DNA of 64,000 nucleotides from Eledone cirrhosa (lineage: Eukaryota), in NCBI GenBank assembly GCA_964016885.1, contig OZ024743.1, positions 327,856,001 to 327,920,000 of the forward strand, read 5' to 3'. Shown here in pieces: positions 1-13,499 of the stretch; within the stretch, counting starts at the first letter, position 1; the number at the start of each line of letters is the position of its first letter. The translations under genes and the position numbers were made by a program. The notes beneath the pieces are model-generated. The model was not told where the DNA came from and made no database searches. It worked only from the letters and a program-made list of their open reading frames with translations.

Positions 1-1232
1 AGTAAGCTGGCAGTGGCAAGAAGCTATGTTGTGTATAGGAAGAAGTAGTCAGACACTATGTACTAGTAGATGGAGCCAGTAAGCTGGCAGTGGCAAGGAA
101 GCTGTGTTGTGTATAGGAAGAAGTAGTCAGACATTATGTACTAATAGAGGGAGGAGTAAGCTGGCAGTGGCTAGGAAGCTGTGTTGTGTATAGGAAGAAG
201 TAGTCAGACATTATGTACTAATAGAGGGAGGAGTAAGCTGGCAGTGGCTAGGAAGCTGTGTTGTGTATAGGAAGAAAGAGTCAGACACTATGTACTAGCA
301 GAGGGAACAGTAAGCTGCCAGTGGCAAGGAAGCTGTGTTGTGTATAGGAAGAAGTAGTCAGACACTAGGTACTAGCAGAGGGAACAGTAAGCTGGCAGTG
401 GCAAGGAAGCTGTGTTGTGTATAGGAAGAAGTAGTCAGACATTATGTACTAGCAGAGGGAACAGTAAGCTGCCAGTGGCAAGGAAGCTGTGTTGTGTATA
501 GGAAGAAGGAGTCAGACACTATGTACTAGCAGAGGGAACAGTAAGCTGGCAGTGGCCAGGAAGCTGTGTTGTGTATAGGAAGAAGGAGTCAGAAACTATC
601 TACTAGCAGAGGGAACAGTAAGCTGGCAGAGGCAAGGAAGCTGTGTTGTGTATAGGAAGAAGTAGTCGGACATTATGTACTAGCAGAGGGAACAGTAAGC
701 TGGCAGTCGCAAGGAAGCTGTGTTGTGTATAGGAAGAAGTAGTCAGAGACTATGTACTAGCAGAGGGAACAGTAAGCTGGCAGTGGCAAGGAAGCTGTGT
801 TGTGTATAGGAAGAAGGAGTCAGACACTATGTACTAACAGAGGGAGCAGTAAGCTGGCACTGGCAAGGAAGCTGTGTTGTGTATAGGAAGAAGTAGTCAG
901 ACATTATATACTAGCAGAGGGAACAGTAAGCTGGCAGTGGCAAGGAAGCTCTGTTGTGTATAGGAAGAAGTAGTTAGACACTATGTACTAGCAGAGGGAA
1001 CAGTAAGCTGGCAGTGGCAAGGAAGCTGTGTTGTGTATAGGAAGTAGTAGTCAGACATTATGTACTACCAGAGGGAACAGTAAGCTGACTGTGGCAAGAA
1101 AGCTATGTTGTGTATAGGAAGAAGTAGTCAGAAACTATGTACTAGCAGAGGGAGCAGTAAGCTGGCAGTGGCAAGGAAGCTGTGTTGTGTATAGGAAGAA
1201 GTAGTCGGACATTATGTACTAATAGAGGGAGG

Positions 1233-1282
1233 AGTAAGCTGGCAGTGGCAAGGAAGCTGTGTTGTGTACTAACAGAGGGAGC
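1233..1282 (+). repeat. Truncated 50-bp monomer (27-bp internal deletion), copy 1
   Basis: Reads GCTGTGTTGTGTA|CTAACAGAGGGAGC. TAGGAAGAAGTAGTCAGACAYTATGTA is missing; successive AGTAAGCT starts are at 1233 and 1283. Confidence 0.95.
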
Positions 1283-4200
1283 AGTAAGCTGGCAGTGGCA
1301 AGGAAGCTGTGTTGTGTATAGGAAGAAGTAGTCAGACATTATCTACTAATAGAGGGAGGAGTAAGCTGGCAGTGGCAAGGAAGCTGTGTTGTGTATAGGA
1401 AGAAGTAGTAAGACACTATGTACTAGGAGAGGGAACAATAAGCTGGCAGTGGCAAGGAAGCTGTGTTGTGTATAGGAAGAAGTAGTCAGATATTATGTAC
1501 TAGCAGAGGGAACAGTAAGATGGCAGTGGCAAGGAAGCTATGTTGTGTATAGGAAGAACTAGTCCGACATTATGTACTAGCACAGGGAACAGTAAGCTGG
1601 CAGTGGCAAGGAAGCTGTGTTGTGTATAGGAAGAAGTAGTCAGAGACTATGTACTAGCAAAGGGAACAGTAAGATGGCAGTGGCAAGGAAGGTGTGTTGT
1701 GTATAGTAAGAAGTAGTCAGACATTATGTACTAGCAGAGGGAGCAGTAAGCTGCCAGTGGCAAGGAAACTGTGTTGTGTATAGGAAGAAGGAGTCAGACA
1801 TTATGTACTAGCAGAAGGAACAGTAAGCTGGCAGTGGCAAGGAAGCTGTGTTGTGTATAGGAAGAAGTAGACAGACACTATGTATTAGTAAAGGGAACAG
1901 GAAGCTATCAGTGGCAAGGAAGCTGCGTTGTGTATAGGAAGAACTAGTCTGACATTGTGTACTAGCAGAGGGAACAGTAAGCTGGCAGTGGCAAGGAAGG
2001 TGCGTCGTCTTTAGGAAGAAGTAGTCAGACATTATGTACTAGCAGAGGGAACGGTAAGCTGGCAGTGGCAAGGAAGCTGTGTTGTGTATAGGAAGAAGTA
2101 GTCAGACACTATATACTAGCAGAGGGAACAGTAAGCTGGCAGTGGCAAGGAAGCTGTGTTGTGTATAGGAAGAAGTAGTCAGACATTATGTACTATCAGA
2201 GGGAAGAGTAAGCTGGCAGTGGCAAGGAAGCTGTGTTGTGTATAGGAAGACGTAGTCAGCCACTATGTACTAGCAGTGGGAGCAGTAAGCTGGCAGCGGT
2301 AAGGCAGGTGCGTCGTGTATAGGAAGAAGTAGTCAGACACTATGTACTAGCAGAGGGAACAGTAAGCTGGCAGTGGCAAGGAAGGTGCGTCGTGTATAGG
2401 AAGAAGTAGTCAGACACTATGTACTAGCAGAGATAACAGTAAGCTGGCAGTGGTAAGGAACCTGTGTTGTGTATAGGAAGAAGTAGTCAGTCATTATGTA
2501 CTAATAGAAGGAACAGTAAGCTGGCAGTGGCAAGGAAGCTGTGTTGTGTATAGGAAGAAGTAGTCAGACATTATGTACTAATAGAAGGAACAATAAGCTG
2601 GCAGTGGCAAAGAAGCTGTGTTGTGTATAGGAAGAAGTAGTCAGACACTATGTACTAGCAGAGGGGGAAGTAAGCTGGCAGTGGCAAGGAGGCTGTGTTA
2701 TGTATAGGAAGAAGTATTCAGACATTATGTACTAGCAGAGGGGTAAGTAAGCTGGCAGTGGCAAGGAGGCTGTGTTATGTATAGGAAGAAGTAGTCTGCC
2801 ACTATGTAGTAGCAGAGGGAACAGTAAGATGGCAGTGGCAAGGAAGCTGTGTTGTGTATAGGAAGAAGTAGTCAGCCACTATGTACTAGCAGAGGGAACA
2901 GTAAGCTGGCAGTGGCCAGGAAGCTGTGTTGTGTATAGGAAGAAGTAGTCAGACATTATGTACTAGCAGAGGGAACAGTAAGCTGGCAGTGGCAAGGAAG
3001 CTGTGTCGTGTATAGGAAGAAGTAGTCAGACACTATGTACTAGCAGAGGGAAGAGTAAGCTGGCATTGGCAAGGAAGCTGTGTTGTGTATAGTAAGAAGG
3101 AGTCAGACACTATGTACTAGCAGAGGGAGCAGTAAGCTGGCAGTGGCAAGGAAGCTGTGTTGTGTATAGTAAGAAGGAGTCAGACACTATGTACTAGCAG
3201 AGGGAGCAGTAAGCTGGCAGTGGCAAGGAAGCTGTGTCGTGTATAGGAAGTAGTAGTCAGACATTATGTACTAGCAGAGGGAACGGTAAGCTGGCAGTGG
3301 CCAGGAAGCTGTGTTGTGTATAGGAAGAAGGAGTCAGACACTATGTACTAGCAGAGGGAGCAATAAGCTGGCAGTGGCAAAGGAGGCTCTGTTGCGTATA
3401 GGAAGAAGTAGTCAGACATTATGTACTAGTAGAGGGTGCCAGTAAGCTGGCAGTGGCAAGGAAGCTGTGTTGTGTATAGGAAGAAGTTGTCAGACACTAT
3501 GTACTAGCAGAGGGAGCAGTAAGCTGGCAGTGGCAAGGAAGCTGTGTTGTGTATAGGCAGAAGGAGTCAGACACTAGGTACTAGCAGAGGGAACAGTAAG
3601 CTGACAGTGGCAAGGAAGCTGTGTTGTGTATAGGAAGAAGTAGTCGGACATTATGTACTATCAGAGGGAACAGTAAGCTGGCAGTGGCAAGGAAGCTGTG
3701 TTGTGTATAGGAAGAAGTAGTCAGACATTATGTACTAGCAGAGGTAAGAGTAAGCTGGCAGTGGCAAGGAAGCTGTGTTGTGTATAGGCGGAAGGAGTCA
3801 GACACTGGGTACTTGCAGAGGGAACAGTAAGCTGGCAGTGGCAAGGAAGCTGTGTTGTGTATAGGAAGAAGTAGTCGGACATTATGTACTATCAGAGGGA
3901 ACAGTAAGCTGGCAGTGGCAAAGAAGCTCTGTTATGTATAGGAAGAAGTAGTCAGACATTATGTACTAGCAGAGGGAACAGTAAGCTGGCAGTGGCCAGG
4001 AAGCTGTGTTGTGTATAGGAAGAAGTAATCAGACATTATGTACTAGCAGAGGGAACAGTAAGCTGGCAGTGGCAAGGAAGCTGTGTTGTGCATAGGCAGT
4101 AGTAGTCAGACACTATGTACTAGCAGAGGGGGAAGTAAGCTGGCAGTGGCAAGGAAGCTGTGTTGTGTATAGGAAGAAGTATTCAGACATTATGTACTAG

Positions 4201-5442
4201 CAGAGGGAACAGTAAGCTGCCAGTGGCAAGGAAGCTGTGTTGTGTATAGGAAGAAGTAGTCTCCCACTATGTACTAGCAGAGGGAACAGTAAGCTGGCTG
4301 TGGTAAGGAAGCTGTGTTGTGTATAGGAAGTAGTAGTCAGACATTATGTACTAGCAGAGGGAAGAGTAAGCTGGCAGTGGCAAGGAAGCTGTGTTGTGTA
4401 TAGGCGGAAGGAGTCAGACACTGGGTACTTGCAGAGGGAACAGTAAGCTGGCAGTGGCAAGGAAGCTGTGTTGTGTATAGGAAGAAGTAGTCGGACATTA
4501 TGTACTATCAGAGGGAACAGTAAGCTGGCAGTGGCAAAGAAGCTCTGTTATGTATAGGAAGAAGTAGTCAGACACTATGTACTAGCAGAGGGAACAGAAA
4601 CCTGGCAGTGGCAAGGAAGCTGTGTTGTGTATAGGAAGAAGGAGTCAGACACTATGTACTAACAGAGGGAGCAGTAAGCTGGCAGTGGCCAGGAAGCTGT
4701 GTTGTGTATAGGAAGAAGTAGTCAGACATTATATACTAGCAGAGGGAACAGTAAGCTGGCAGAGGCAAGGAAGCTGTGTTGTGTATAGGAAGAAGTAGTC
4801 GGACATTATGTACTAGCAGAGGGAACAGTAAGCTGGCAGTCGCAAGGAAGCTGTGTTGTGTATAGGAAGAAGTAGTCAGAGACTATGGACTAGCAGAGGG
4901 AACAGCAAGCTGGCAGTGGCAAGGAAGCTGTGTTGTGTATAGGAAGAAGTAGTCAGACACTATGTACTAGCAGAGGGAACAGAAAGCTGGCAGTGGCAAG
5001 GAAGCTGTGTTGTGTATAGGAAGAAGGAGTCAGACACTATGTACTAACAGAGGGAGCAGTAAGTTGGCACTGGCAAGGAAGCTGTGTTGTGTATAGGAAG
5101 AAGTAGTCAGACATTATATACTAGCAGAGGGAACAGTAAGCTGGCAGTGGCAAGGAAGCTCTGTTGTGTATAGGAAGAAGTAGTTAGACACTATGTACTA
5201 GCAGAGGGAACAGTAAGCTGGCAGTGGCAAGGAAGCTGTGTTGTGTATAGGAAGTAGTAGTCAGACATTATGTACTACAAGAGGGAACAGTAAGCTGACT
5301 GTGGCAAGAAAGCTATGTTGTGTATAGGAAGAAGTAGTCAGAAACTATGTACTAGCAGAGGGAGCAGTAAGCTGGCAGTGGCAAGGAAGCTGTGTTGTGT
5401 ATAGGAAGAAGTAGTCGGACATTATGTACTAATAGAGGGAGG

Positions 5443-5492
5443 AGTAAGCTGGCAGTGGCAAGGAAGCTGTGTTGTGTACTAACAGAGGGAGC
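5443..5492 (+). repeat. Truncated 50-bp monomer (27-bp internal deletion), copy 2
   Basis: Same junction GTTGTGTACTAACAGAGG as at 1261, 4210 bp downstream. The ORFs 1142..1339 and 5352..5549 translate identically. Confidence 0.95.
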
Positions 5493-8259
5493 AGTAAGCT
5501 GGCAGTGGCAAGGAAGCTGTGTTGTGTATAGGAAGAAGTAGTCAGACATTATATACTAGCAGAGGGAACAGTAAGCTGGCAGTGGCAAGGAAGCTGTGTT
5601 GTGTATAGGAAGTAGTAGTCAGACATTATGTACTAGCAGAGGGAACAGTAAGCTGACTGTGGCAAGAAAGCTATGTTGTGTATAGGAAGAAGTAGTCAGA
5701 AACTATGTACTAGCAGAGGGAGCAGTAAGCTGGCAGTGGCAAGGAAGCTATGTTGTGTATAGGAAGAGGTAGTCAGACACTATGTACTAGCAGAGGGAGC
5801 AGTAAGCTGGCAGTGGCAAGGAAGCTGTGTTGTGTATAGGAAGAAGTAGTCGGACAGTATGTACTAGCAGAGGGAACAGTAAGCTGGCAGTGGCAAGGAA
5901 GCTGTGTTGTGCATAGGCAGTAGTAGTCAGACACTATGTACTAGCAGAGGGGGAAGTAAGCTGGCAGTGGCAAGGAAGCTGTGTTGTGTATAGGAAGAAG
6001 TATTCAGACATTATGTACTAGCAGAGGGAACAGTAAGCTGGCAGTGGCAAGGAAGCTGTGTTGTGTATAGGAAGAAGTAGTCAGACATGATGTACTAGCA
6101 GAGGGAAGAGTAAGCTGGCAGTGGCAAGGAAGATGTGTTATGTATAGGAAGTAGTAGTCAGACATTATGTACTAGCAGAGGGAACAGTAAGCTGGCAGTG
6201 GCAAGGAAGATGTGTTGTGTATAGGAAGAAGGAGTCAGACACAAGGTACTAGCAGAGGGAACAGTAAGCTGGCAGTGGCCAGGAAGCTGTGTTGTGTATA
6301 GGAAGAAGTAGTCTGCCACTATGTACTAGCAGAGGTAACAGTAAGCTGGCTGTGGTAAGGAAGCTGTGTTGTGTATAGGCAGTAGTAGTTAGACACTATG
6401 TACTAGCAGAGGGAACAGAAACCTGGCAGTGGCAAGGAAGCTGTGTTGTGTATAGGAAGAAGGAGTCAGACACTATGTACTAACAGAGGGAGCAGTAAGC
6501 TGGCAGTGGCCAGGAAGCTGTGTTGTGTATAGGAAGAAGTAGTCAGACATTATATACTAGCAGAGGGAACAGTAAGCTGGCAGTGGCAAGAAGCTGTGTT
6601 GTGTATAGGAAGAAGTAGTCAGACATTATGTACTAGCAGAGGGAACAGTAAGCTGCCAGTGGCAAGGAAGCTGTGCTGTGTATAGGAAGAAGTAGTCAGA
6701 CACTATGTACTAGCAGAAGGAACAGTAAGTTGGCAGTGGCAAGGAAGCTGTGCTGTGTATAGGAAGAAGTAGTCAGACATTATGTACTAGCAGAGGGAAC
6801 AGTAAGCTGGCAGTCGCAAGAAAACTGTGTTGTGTATAGGAAGAAGGAGTCAGACACTATGTACTAGCAGAGGAAAAATGTAAGCTGGCAGTGGTAAGGA
6901 AGCTGTGTTGTGTATAGGAAGAAAGAGTCAGACACTATGTACTACGAGAGGGAACAGTAAGCTGGCAGTGGCAAGGAAGCTGTGTTGTGTATAGGAAGAA
7001 GTAGTCAGATATTATGTACTAACAGAGGCAACAGTAAGCTGGCAGTGGCAAGGAAACTGCGTTGTGTATAGGAAGAAGTAGTCAGCCATTATGTACTACA
7101 AGAGTGAGCCAGTAAGCTGGCAGTGGCAAGGAAGCTGTGTTGTGTATAGGAAGAAGTAGTCAGACACTATGTACTAGCAGAGGGGGAAGTAAGCTGGAAG
7201 TGGCAAGGAAGCTGTGTTGTGTATAGGAAGAAGTATTCAGACATTATGTACTAGCAGAGGGAACAGTAAGCTGGCAGTGGCAAGGAAGCTGTGTTGTGTA
7301 TAGGAAGAAGTATTCAGACATTATGTACTAGCAGAGGGAACAGTAAGCTGGCAGTGGCAAGGAAGCTGTGTTGTGTATAGGAAGAAGTAGTCAGACATGA
7401 TGTACTAGCAGAGGGAAGAGTAAGCTGGCAGTGGCAAGGAAGATGTGTTATGTATAGGAAGTAGTAGTCAGACATTATGTACTAGCAGAGGGAACAGTAA
7501 GCTGGCAGTGGCAAGGAAGATGTGTTGTGTATAGGAAGAAGGAGTCAGACACTAGGTACTAGCAGAGGGAACAGTAAGCTGGCAGTGGCCAGGAAGCTGT
7601 GTTGTGTATAGGAAGAAGTAGTCAGACATTATGTACTAGCAGAGGGAACAGTAAGCTGGCAGTGGCAAGGAAGCTGTGTTGTGCATAGGCAGTAGTAGTC
7701 AGACACTATGTACTAGCAGAGGGGGAAGTAAGCTGGCAGTGGCAAGGAAGCTGTGTTGTGTATAGGAAGAAGTATTCAGACATTATGTACTAGCAGAGGG
7801 AACAGTAAGCTGGCAGTGGCAAGGAAGCTGTGTTGTGTATAGGAAGAAGTAGTCTGCCACTATGTACTAGCAGAGGGAACAGTAAGCTGGCAGTGGCAAG
7901 GAAGCTGTGTTGTGTATAGGAAGAAGTAGTCAGACACTATGTACTAGCAGAGGGAACAGTAAGCTGGCAGTGGCCAGGAAGCTGTGTTGTGTATAGAAAG
8001 AAGTAGTCAGACATTATATACTAGCAGAGGGAACAGTAAGCTGGCAGTGGCAAGGAAGCTGTGTTGTGTATAGGAAGAAGTAGTCAGACACTATGTACTA
8101 GCAGAGGGGGAAGTAAGCTGGCAGTGGCAAGGAAGCTGTGTTGTGTATAGGAAGAAGTATTCAGACATTATGTACTAGCAGAGGGAACAGTAAGCTGGCA
8201 GTGGCAAGGAAGCTGTGTTGTGTATAGGAAGAAGTATTCAGACATTATGTACTAGCAGA

Positions 8260-11100
8260 AGGAACAGTAAGTTGGCAGTGGCAAGGAAGCTGTGTTGTGT
8301 ATAGGAAGAAGTAGTCAGATATTATGTAATAACAGAGGCAACAGTAAGCTGGCAGTGGCAAGGAAACTGCGTTGTGTATAGGAAGAAGTAGTCAGGCATT
8401 ATGTACTACAAGAGGGAGCCAGTAAGCTGGCAGTGGCAAGGAAGCTGTGTTGTGTATAGGAAGAAGTAGTCAGACACTATGTACTAGCAGAGGGGGAAGT
8501 AAGCTGGCAGTGGCAAGGAAGCTGTGTTGTGTATAGGAAGAAGTATTCAGACATTATGTACTAGCAGAGGGAACAGTAAGCTGGCAGTGGCAAGGAAGCT
8601 GTGTTGTGTATAGGAAGAAGTATTCAGACATTATGTACTAGCAGAGGGAACAGTAAGCTGTCAGTGGCAAGGAAGCTGTGTTGTGTATAGGAAGAAGGAG
8701 TCAGACATTATGTACTAGCAGAAGGAACAGTAAGCTGGCAGTGGCAAGGAAGCTGTGTTGTGTATAGGAACAAGGAGTCAGACATTATGTACTAGCAGAG
8801 GGAACAGTAAGCTGGCAGTGGCAAAGGAGGCTGTGTTGTGTATAGGAAGAAAGAGTCAGACACTATGTACTAGCAGAAGGAACAGTAAGCTGGCAGTGGC
8901 AAAGGAGGCTGTGTTGTGTATAGGAAGAAGGAGTCAGACACTATGTACTAGCAGAGGGAACAGTAAGCTGGCAGTGGCAAAGGAAGCTGTGTTGTGGATA
9001 GGAAGAAGGAGTCAGACACTATGTACTAGCAGAGGGAACAGAAAGCTGGCAGTGGCAAGGAAGCTGTGTTGTGTATAGGAAGAAGGAGTCAGACATTATG
9101 TACTAGCAGAGGAAACAGTAAGCTGGCAGTGGCAAGGAAGCTGTGTTCTGTAGACGAAGAAGTAGTCAGACATTATGTACTAGTAGAGGGAACAGTAAGC
9201 TGGCAGTGGCAAGGAAGCTGTGTTGTGTAGACGAAGAAGTAGTCAGACATTATGTACTAGTAGAGGGAACAGTAAGCTGGCAGTGGCAAGGAAGCTGTGT
9301 TGTGTAGACGAAGAAGTAGTCAGACATTATGTACTAGCAGAGGGAGCAGTAAGCTGGCAGTGGCAAGGAAGCTGTGTTGTGTAGACGAAGAAGTAGTCAG
9401 ACATTATGTACTAGCAGAGGCAACAGTAAGCTGGCAGTGGGAAGGAAGCTGTATTGTGTTTAGGAAGAAGGAGTCAGACACTAGGTACTAGCAGAGGGAA
9501 CAGTAAGCTGGCAGTGGCCAGGAAGCTGTGTTGTGTATAGGAAGAAGTAGTCAGACATTATGTACTAGCAGAGGGAACAGTAAGCTGGCAGTGGCAAGGA
9601 AGCTGTGTTGTGCATAGGCAGTAGTAGTCAGACACTATATACTAGCAGAGGGGGAAGTAAGCTGGCAGTGGCAAGGAAGCTGTGTTGTGTATAGGAAGAA
9701 GTATTCAGACATTATGTACTAGCAGAGGGAACAGTAAGCTGCCAGTGGCAAGGAAGCTGTGTTGTGTATAGGAAGAAGTAGTCTGCCACTATGTACTAGC
9801 AGAGGGAACAGTAAGCTGGCAGTGGCAAGGAAGCTGTGTTGTGTATAGGAAGAAGTAGTCAGACACTATGTACTAGCAGAGGGAACAGTAAGCTGGCAGT
9901 GCTCAGGAAGCTGTGTTGTGTATAGAAAGAAGTAGTCAGACATTATATACTAGCAGAGGGAACAGTAAGCTGCCAGTGGCAAGGAAGCTGTGCTGTGTAT
10001 AGGAAGAAGTAGTCAGACACTATGTACTAGCAGAAGGAACAGTAAGTTGGCAGTGGCAAGGAAGCTGTGTTGTGTATAGGAAGAAGTAGTCAGATATTAT
10101 GTAATAACAGAGGCAACAGTAAGCTGGCAGTGGCAAGGAAACTGCGTTGTGTATAGGAAGAAGTAGTCAGGCATTATGTACTACAAGAGGGAGCCAGTAA
10201 GCTGGCAGTGGCAAGGAAGCTGTGTTGTGTATAGGAAGAAGTAGTCAGACACTATGTACTAGCAGAGGGGGAAGTAAGCTGGCAGTGGCAAGGAAGCTGT
10301 GTTGTGTATAGGAAGAAGTATTCAGACATTATGTACTAGCAGAGGGAACAGTAAGCTGGCAGTGGCAAGGAAGCTGTGTTGTGTATAGGAAGAAGTATTC
10401 AGACATTATGTACTAGCAGAGGGAACAGTAAGCTGTCAGTGGCAAGGAAGCTGTGTTGTGTATAGGAAGAAGGAGTCAGACATTATGTACTAGCAGAAGG
10501 AACAGTAAGCTGGCAGTGGCAAGGAAGCTGTGTTGTGTATAGGAACAAGGTGTCAGACATTATGTACTAGCAGAGGGAACAGTAAGCTGGCAGTGGCAAA
10601 GGAGGCTGTGTTGTGTATAGGAAGAAAGAGTCAGACACTATGTACTAGCAGAAGGAACAGTAAGCTGGCAGTGGCAAAGGAGGCTGTGTTGTGTATAGGA
10701 AGAAGGAGTCAGACACTATGTACTAGCAGAGGGAACAGTAAGCTGGCAGTGGCAAAGGAAGCTGTGTTGTGGATAGGAAGAAGGAGTCAGACACTATGTA
10801 CTAGCAGAGGGAACAGAAAGCTGGCAGTGGCAAGGAAGCTGTGTTGTGTATAGGAAGAATGAGTCAGACATTATGTACTAGCAGAGGGAACAGTAATCTG
10901 GCAGTGGCAAGGAAGCTGTGTTGTGTAGACGAAGAAGTAGTCAGACATTATGTACTAGTAGAGGGAACAGTAAGCTGGCAGTGGCAAGGAAGCTGTGTTG
11001 TGTAGACAAAGAAGTAGTCAGACATTATGTACTAGTAGAGGGAACAGTAAGCTGGCAGTGGCAAGGAAGCTGTGTTGTGTAGACGAAGAAGTAGTCAGAC
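8260..11100 (+). repeat. 23-monomer (1775-bp offset) segmental duplication within the array
   Basis: The rare variant GTAATAACAGAGGC occurs at 8326 and 10101. Near-identical ORFs at 8755 and 10530 have the same 1775-bp offset (23x77+4). Confidence 0.85.
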
Positions 11101-13499
11101 ATTATGTACTAGCAGAGGGAGCAGTAAGCTGGCAGTGGCAAGGAAGCTGTGTTGTGTAGACGAAGAAGTAGTCAGACATTATGTACTAGTAGAGGGAACA
11201 GTAAGCTGGCAGTGGCAAAGGAGGCTGTGTTGTGTATAGTAAGAAGTAGTCAGACATTATGTACTAGCAGAGGGAGCAGTAAGCTGGCAGTGGCAAGGAA
11301 GCTGTGTTGTGTAGACGAAGAAGTAGTCAGACATTATGTACTAGTAGAGGGAACAGTAAGCTGGCAGTGGCAAGGAAGCTGTGTTGTGTATAGGAAGAAG
11401 GAGTCAGACACTATGTACTAGCAGAGGGAACAGTAAGCTGGCAGTGGCAAGGAAGCTGTGTTGTGTATAGGAAGAAGGAGTCAGACATTATGTACTAGCA
11501 GAGGGAACAGTAAGCTGGCAGTGGCAAGGTAGCTGTGTTGTGTATAGGAAGAAGGAGTCAGACACTATGTACTAGCAGAGGGAACAGTAAGCTGGCAGTG
11601 GCAAGGAAGCTGTGTTGTGTATAGGAAGAAGGAGTCAGACATTATGTACTAGTAGAGGGAACAGTAAGCTGGCAGTGGCAAGGAAGCTGTGTTGTGTAGA
11701 CGAAGAAGTAGTCAGACATTATGTACTAGTAGAGGGAACAGTAAGCTGGCAGTGGCAAAGGAGGCTGTCTTGCGTATAGGAAGAAGTAGTTAGACACTAT
11801 GTACTAGCAGAGGGAACAGTAAGCTGGCAGTTGCAAGGAAGCTGTGTTGTGTAGACGAAGAAGTAGTCAGACACTATGTACTAGTAGAGGGAACAGTAAG
11901 CTGGCAGTGGCAAAGGAGGCTGTGTTGCGTATAGGAAGAAGTAGTTAGACACTATGTACTAGCAAAGGGAACAGTAAGCTGGCAGTGGCAAGGAAGCTGT
12001 GTTGTGTATAGTAAGAAGTAGTCAGACATTATGTACTAGCAGAGGTAGCAGTAAGCTGGCAGTGGCAAGGAAGCTGTGTTGTGTATAGGAAGAAGGAGTC
12101 AGACATTATTTACTAGCAGAGGGAACAGTAAGCTGGCAGTGGCAAGGAAGCTGTGTTGTGTATAGGAAGAAGTAGTCAGAGACTATGTACTAGCAGAGGG
12201 AACAGTAAGCTGGCAGTGGCAAGGAAGCTGTGTTGTGTATAGGAAGAAGTAGTCAGAGACTATGTACCAGCAGAGGGAACAGAAAGCTGGCAGTGGCAAG
12301 GAAGCTGTGTTGTGTATAGGAAGAAGTAGTCAGAGACTATGTACCAGCAGAGGGAACAGAAAGCTGGCAGTGGCAAGGAAGCTGTGTCGTGTATAGGAAG
12401 AAGTAGTCAGACACTATGTACTAACAGAGGGAGCAGTAAGCTGGCAGTGGCCAGGAAGCTGTGTTGTGTATAGGAAGAAGTAGTCAGAGACTATGTACTA
12501 GCAGAGGGAACAGTAAGCTGGCAGTGGCAAGGAAGCTGTGCTGTGTATAGGAAGAAGTAGTCAGACACTATGTACTAGCAGAAGGAACAGTAAGTTGGCA
12601 GTGGCCAGGAAGCTGTGTTGTGTATAGGAAGAAGTAGTCAGAGACTATGTACTAGCAGAGGGAACAGTAAGCTGGCAGTGGCAAGGAAGCTGTGTCGTGT
12701 ATAGGAAGAGGTAGTCAGACACTATGTACTAACAGAGGGAGCAGTAAGCTGGCAGTGGCCAGGAAGCTGTGTTGTGTATAGGAAGAAGTAGTCAGACATT
12801 ATATACCAGCAGAGGGAACAGTAAACTGGCAGTGGCAAGGAAGCTGTGTTGTGTATAGGAAGAAGTAGTCAGACATTATGTACTAGCAGAGGGAACAGTA
12901 AGCTGGCAGTGGCAAGGAAGCTGTGTTGTGTATAGGAAGAAGTAGTCAGACATTATGTACTAGTAGAGGGAACAGTAAGCTGGCAGTGGCAAGGAAGCTG
13001 TGCTGTGTATAGGAAGAAGTAGTCAGACATTATGTACTAGCAGAGGGAACAGTAAGCTGGCAGTTGCAAGGAAGCTGTGTTGTGTATAGGAAGAAGTAGT
13101 CAGATATTATGTACTAGCAGAGGGAACAGTAAGCTGGCAGTGGCCAGGAAGCTGTGTTGTGTATAGGCAGTAGTAGTCAGACACTATGTACTAGCAGAGG
13201 GGGAAGTAAGCTGGCAGTGGGAAGGAAGCTGTGTTGTGCATAGGCAGTAGTAGTCAGACACTAGGTACTAGCAGAGGGAACAGTAAGCTGGCAGTGGCCA
13301 GGAAGCTGTGTTGTGTATAGGAAGAAGTAGTCAGACATTATGTACTAGCAGAGGGAACAGTAAGCTGGCAGTGGCAAGGAAGCTGTGTTGTGTATTGGAA
13401 GAAGTAGTCTGCCACTATGTACTAGCAGAGGGAACAGTAAGCTGGCAGTGGCCAGGAAGCTGTGTTGTGTATAGGAAGAAGTAGTCAGACATTATGTAC

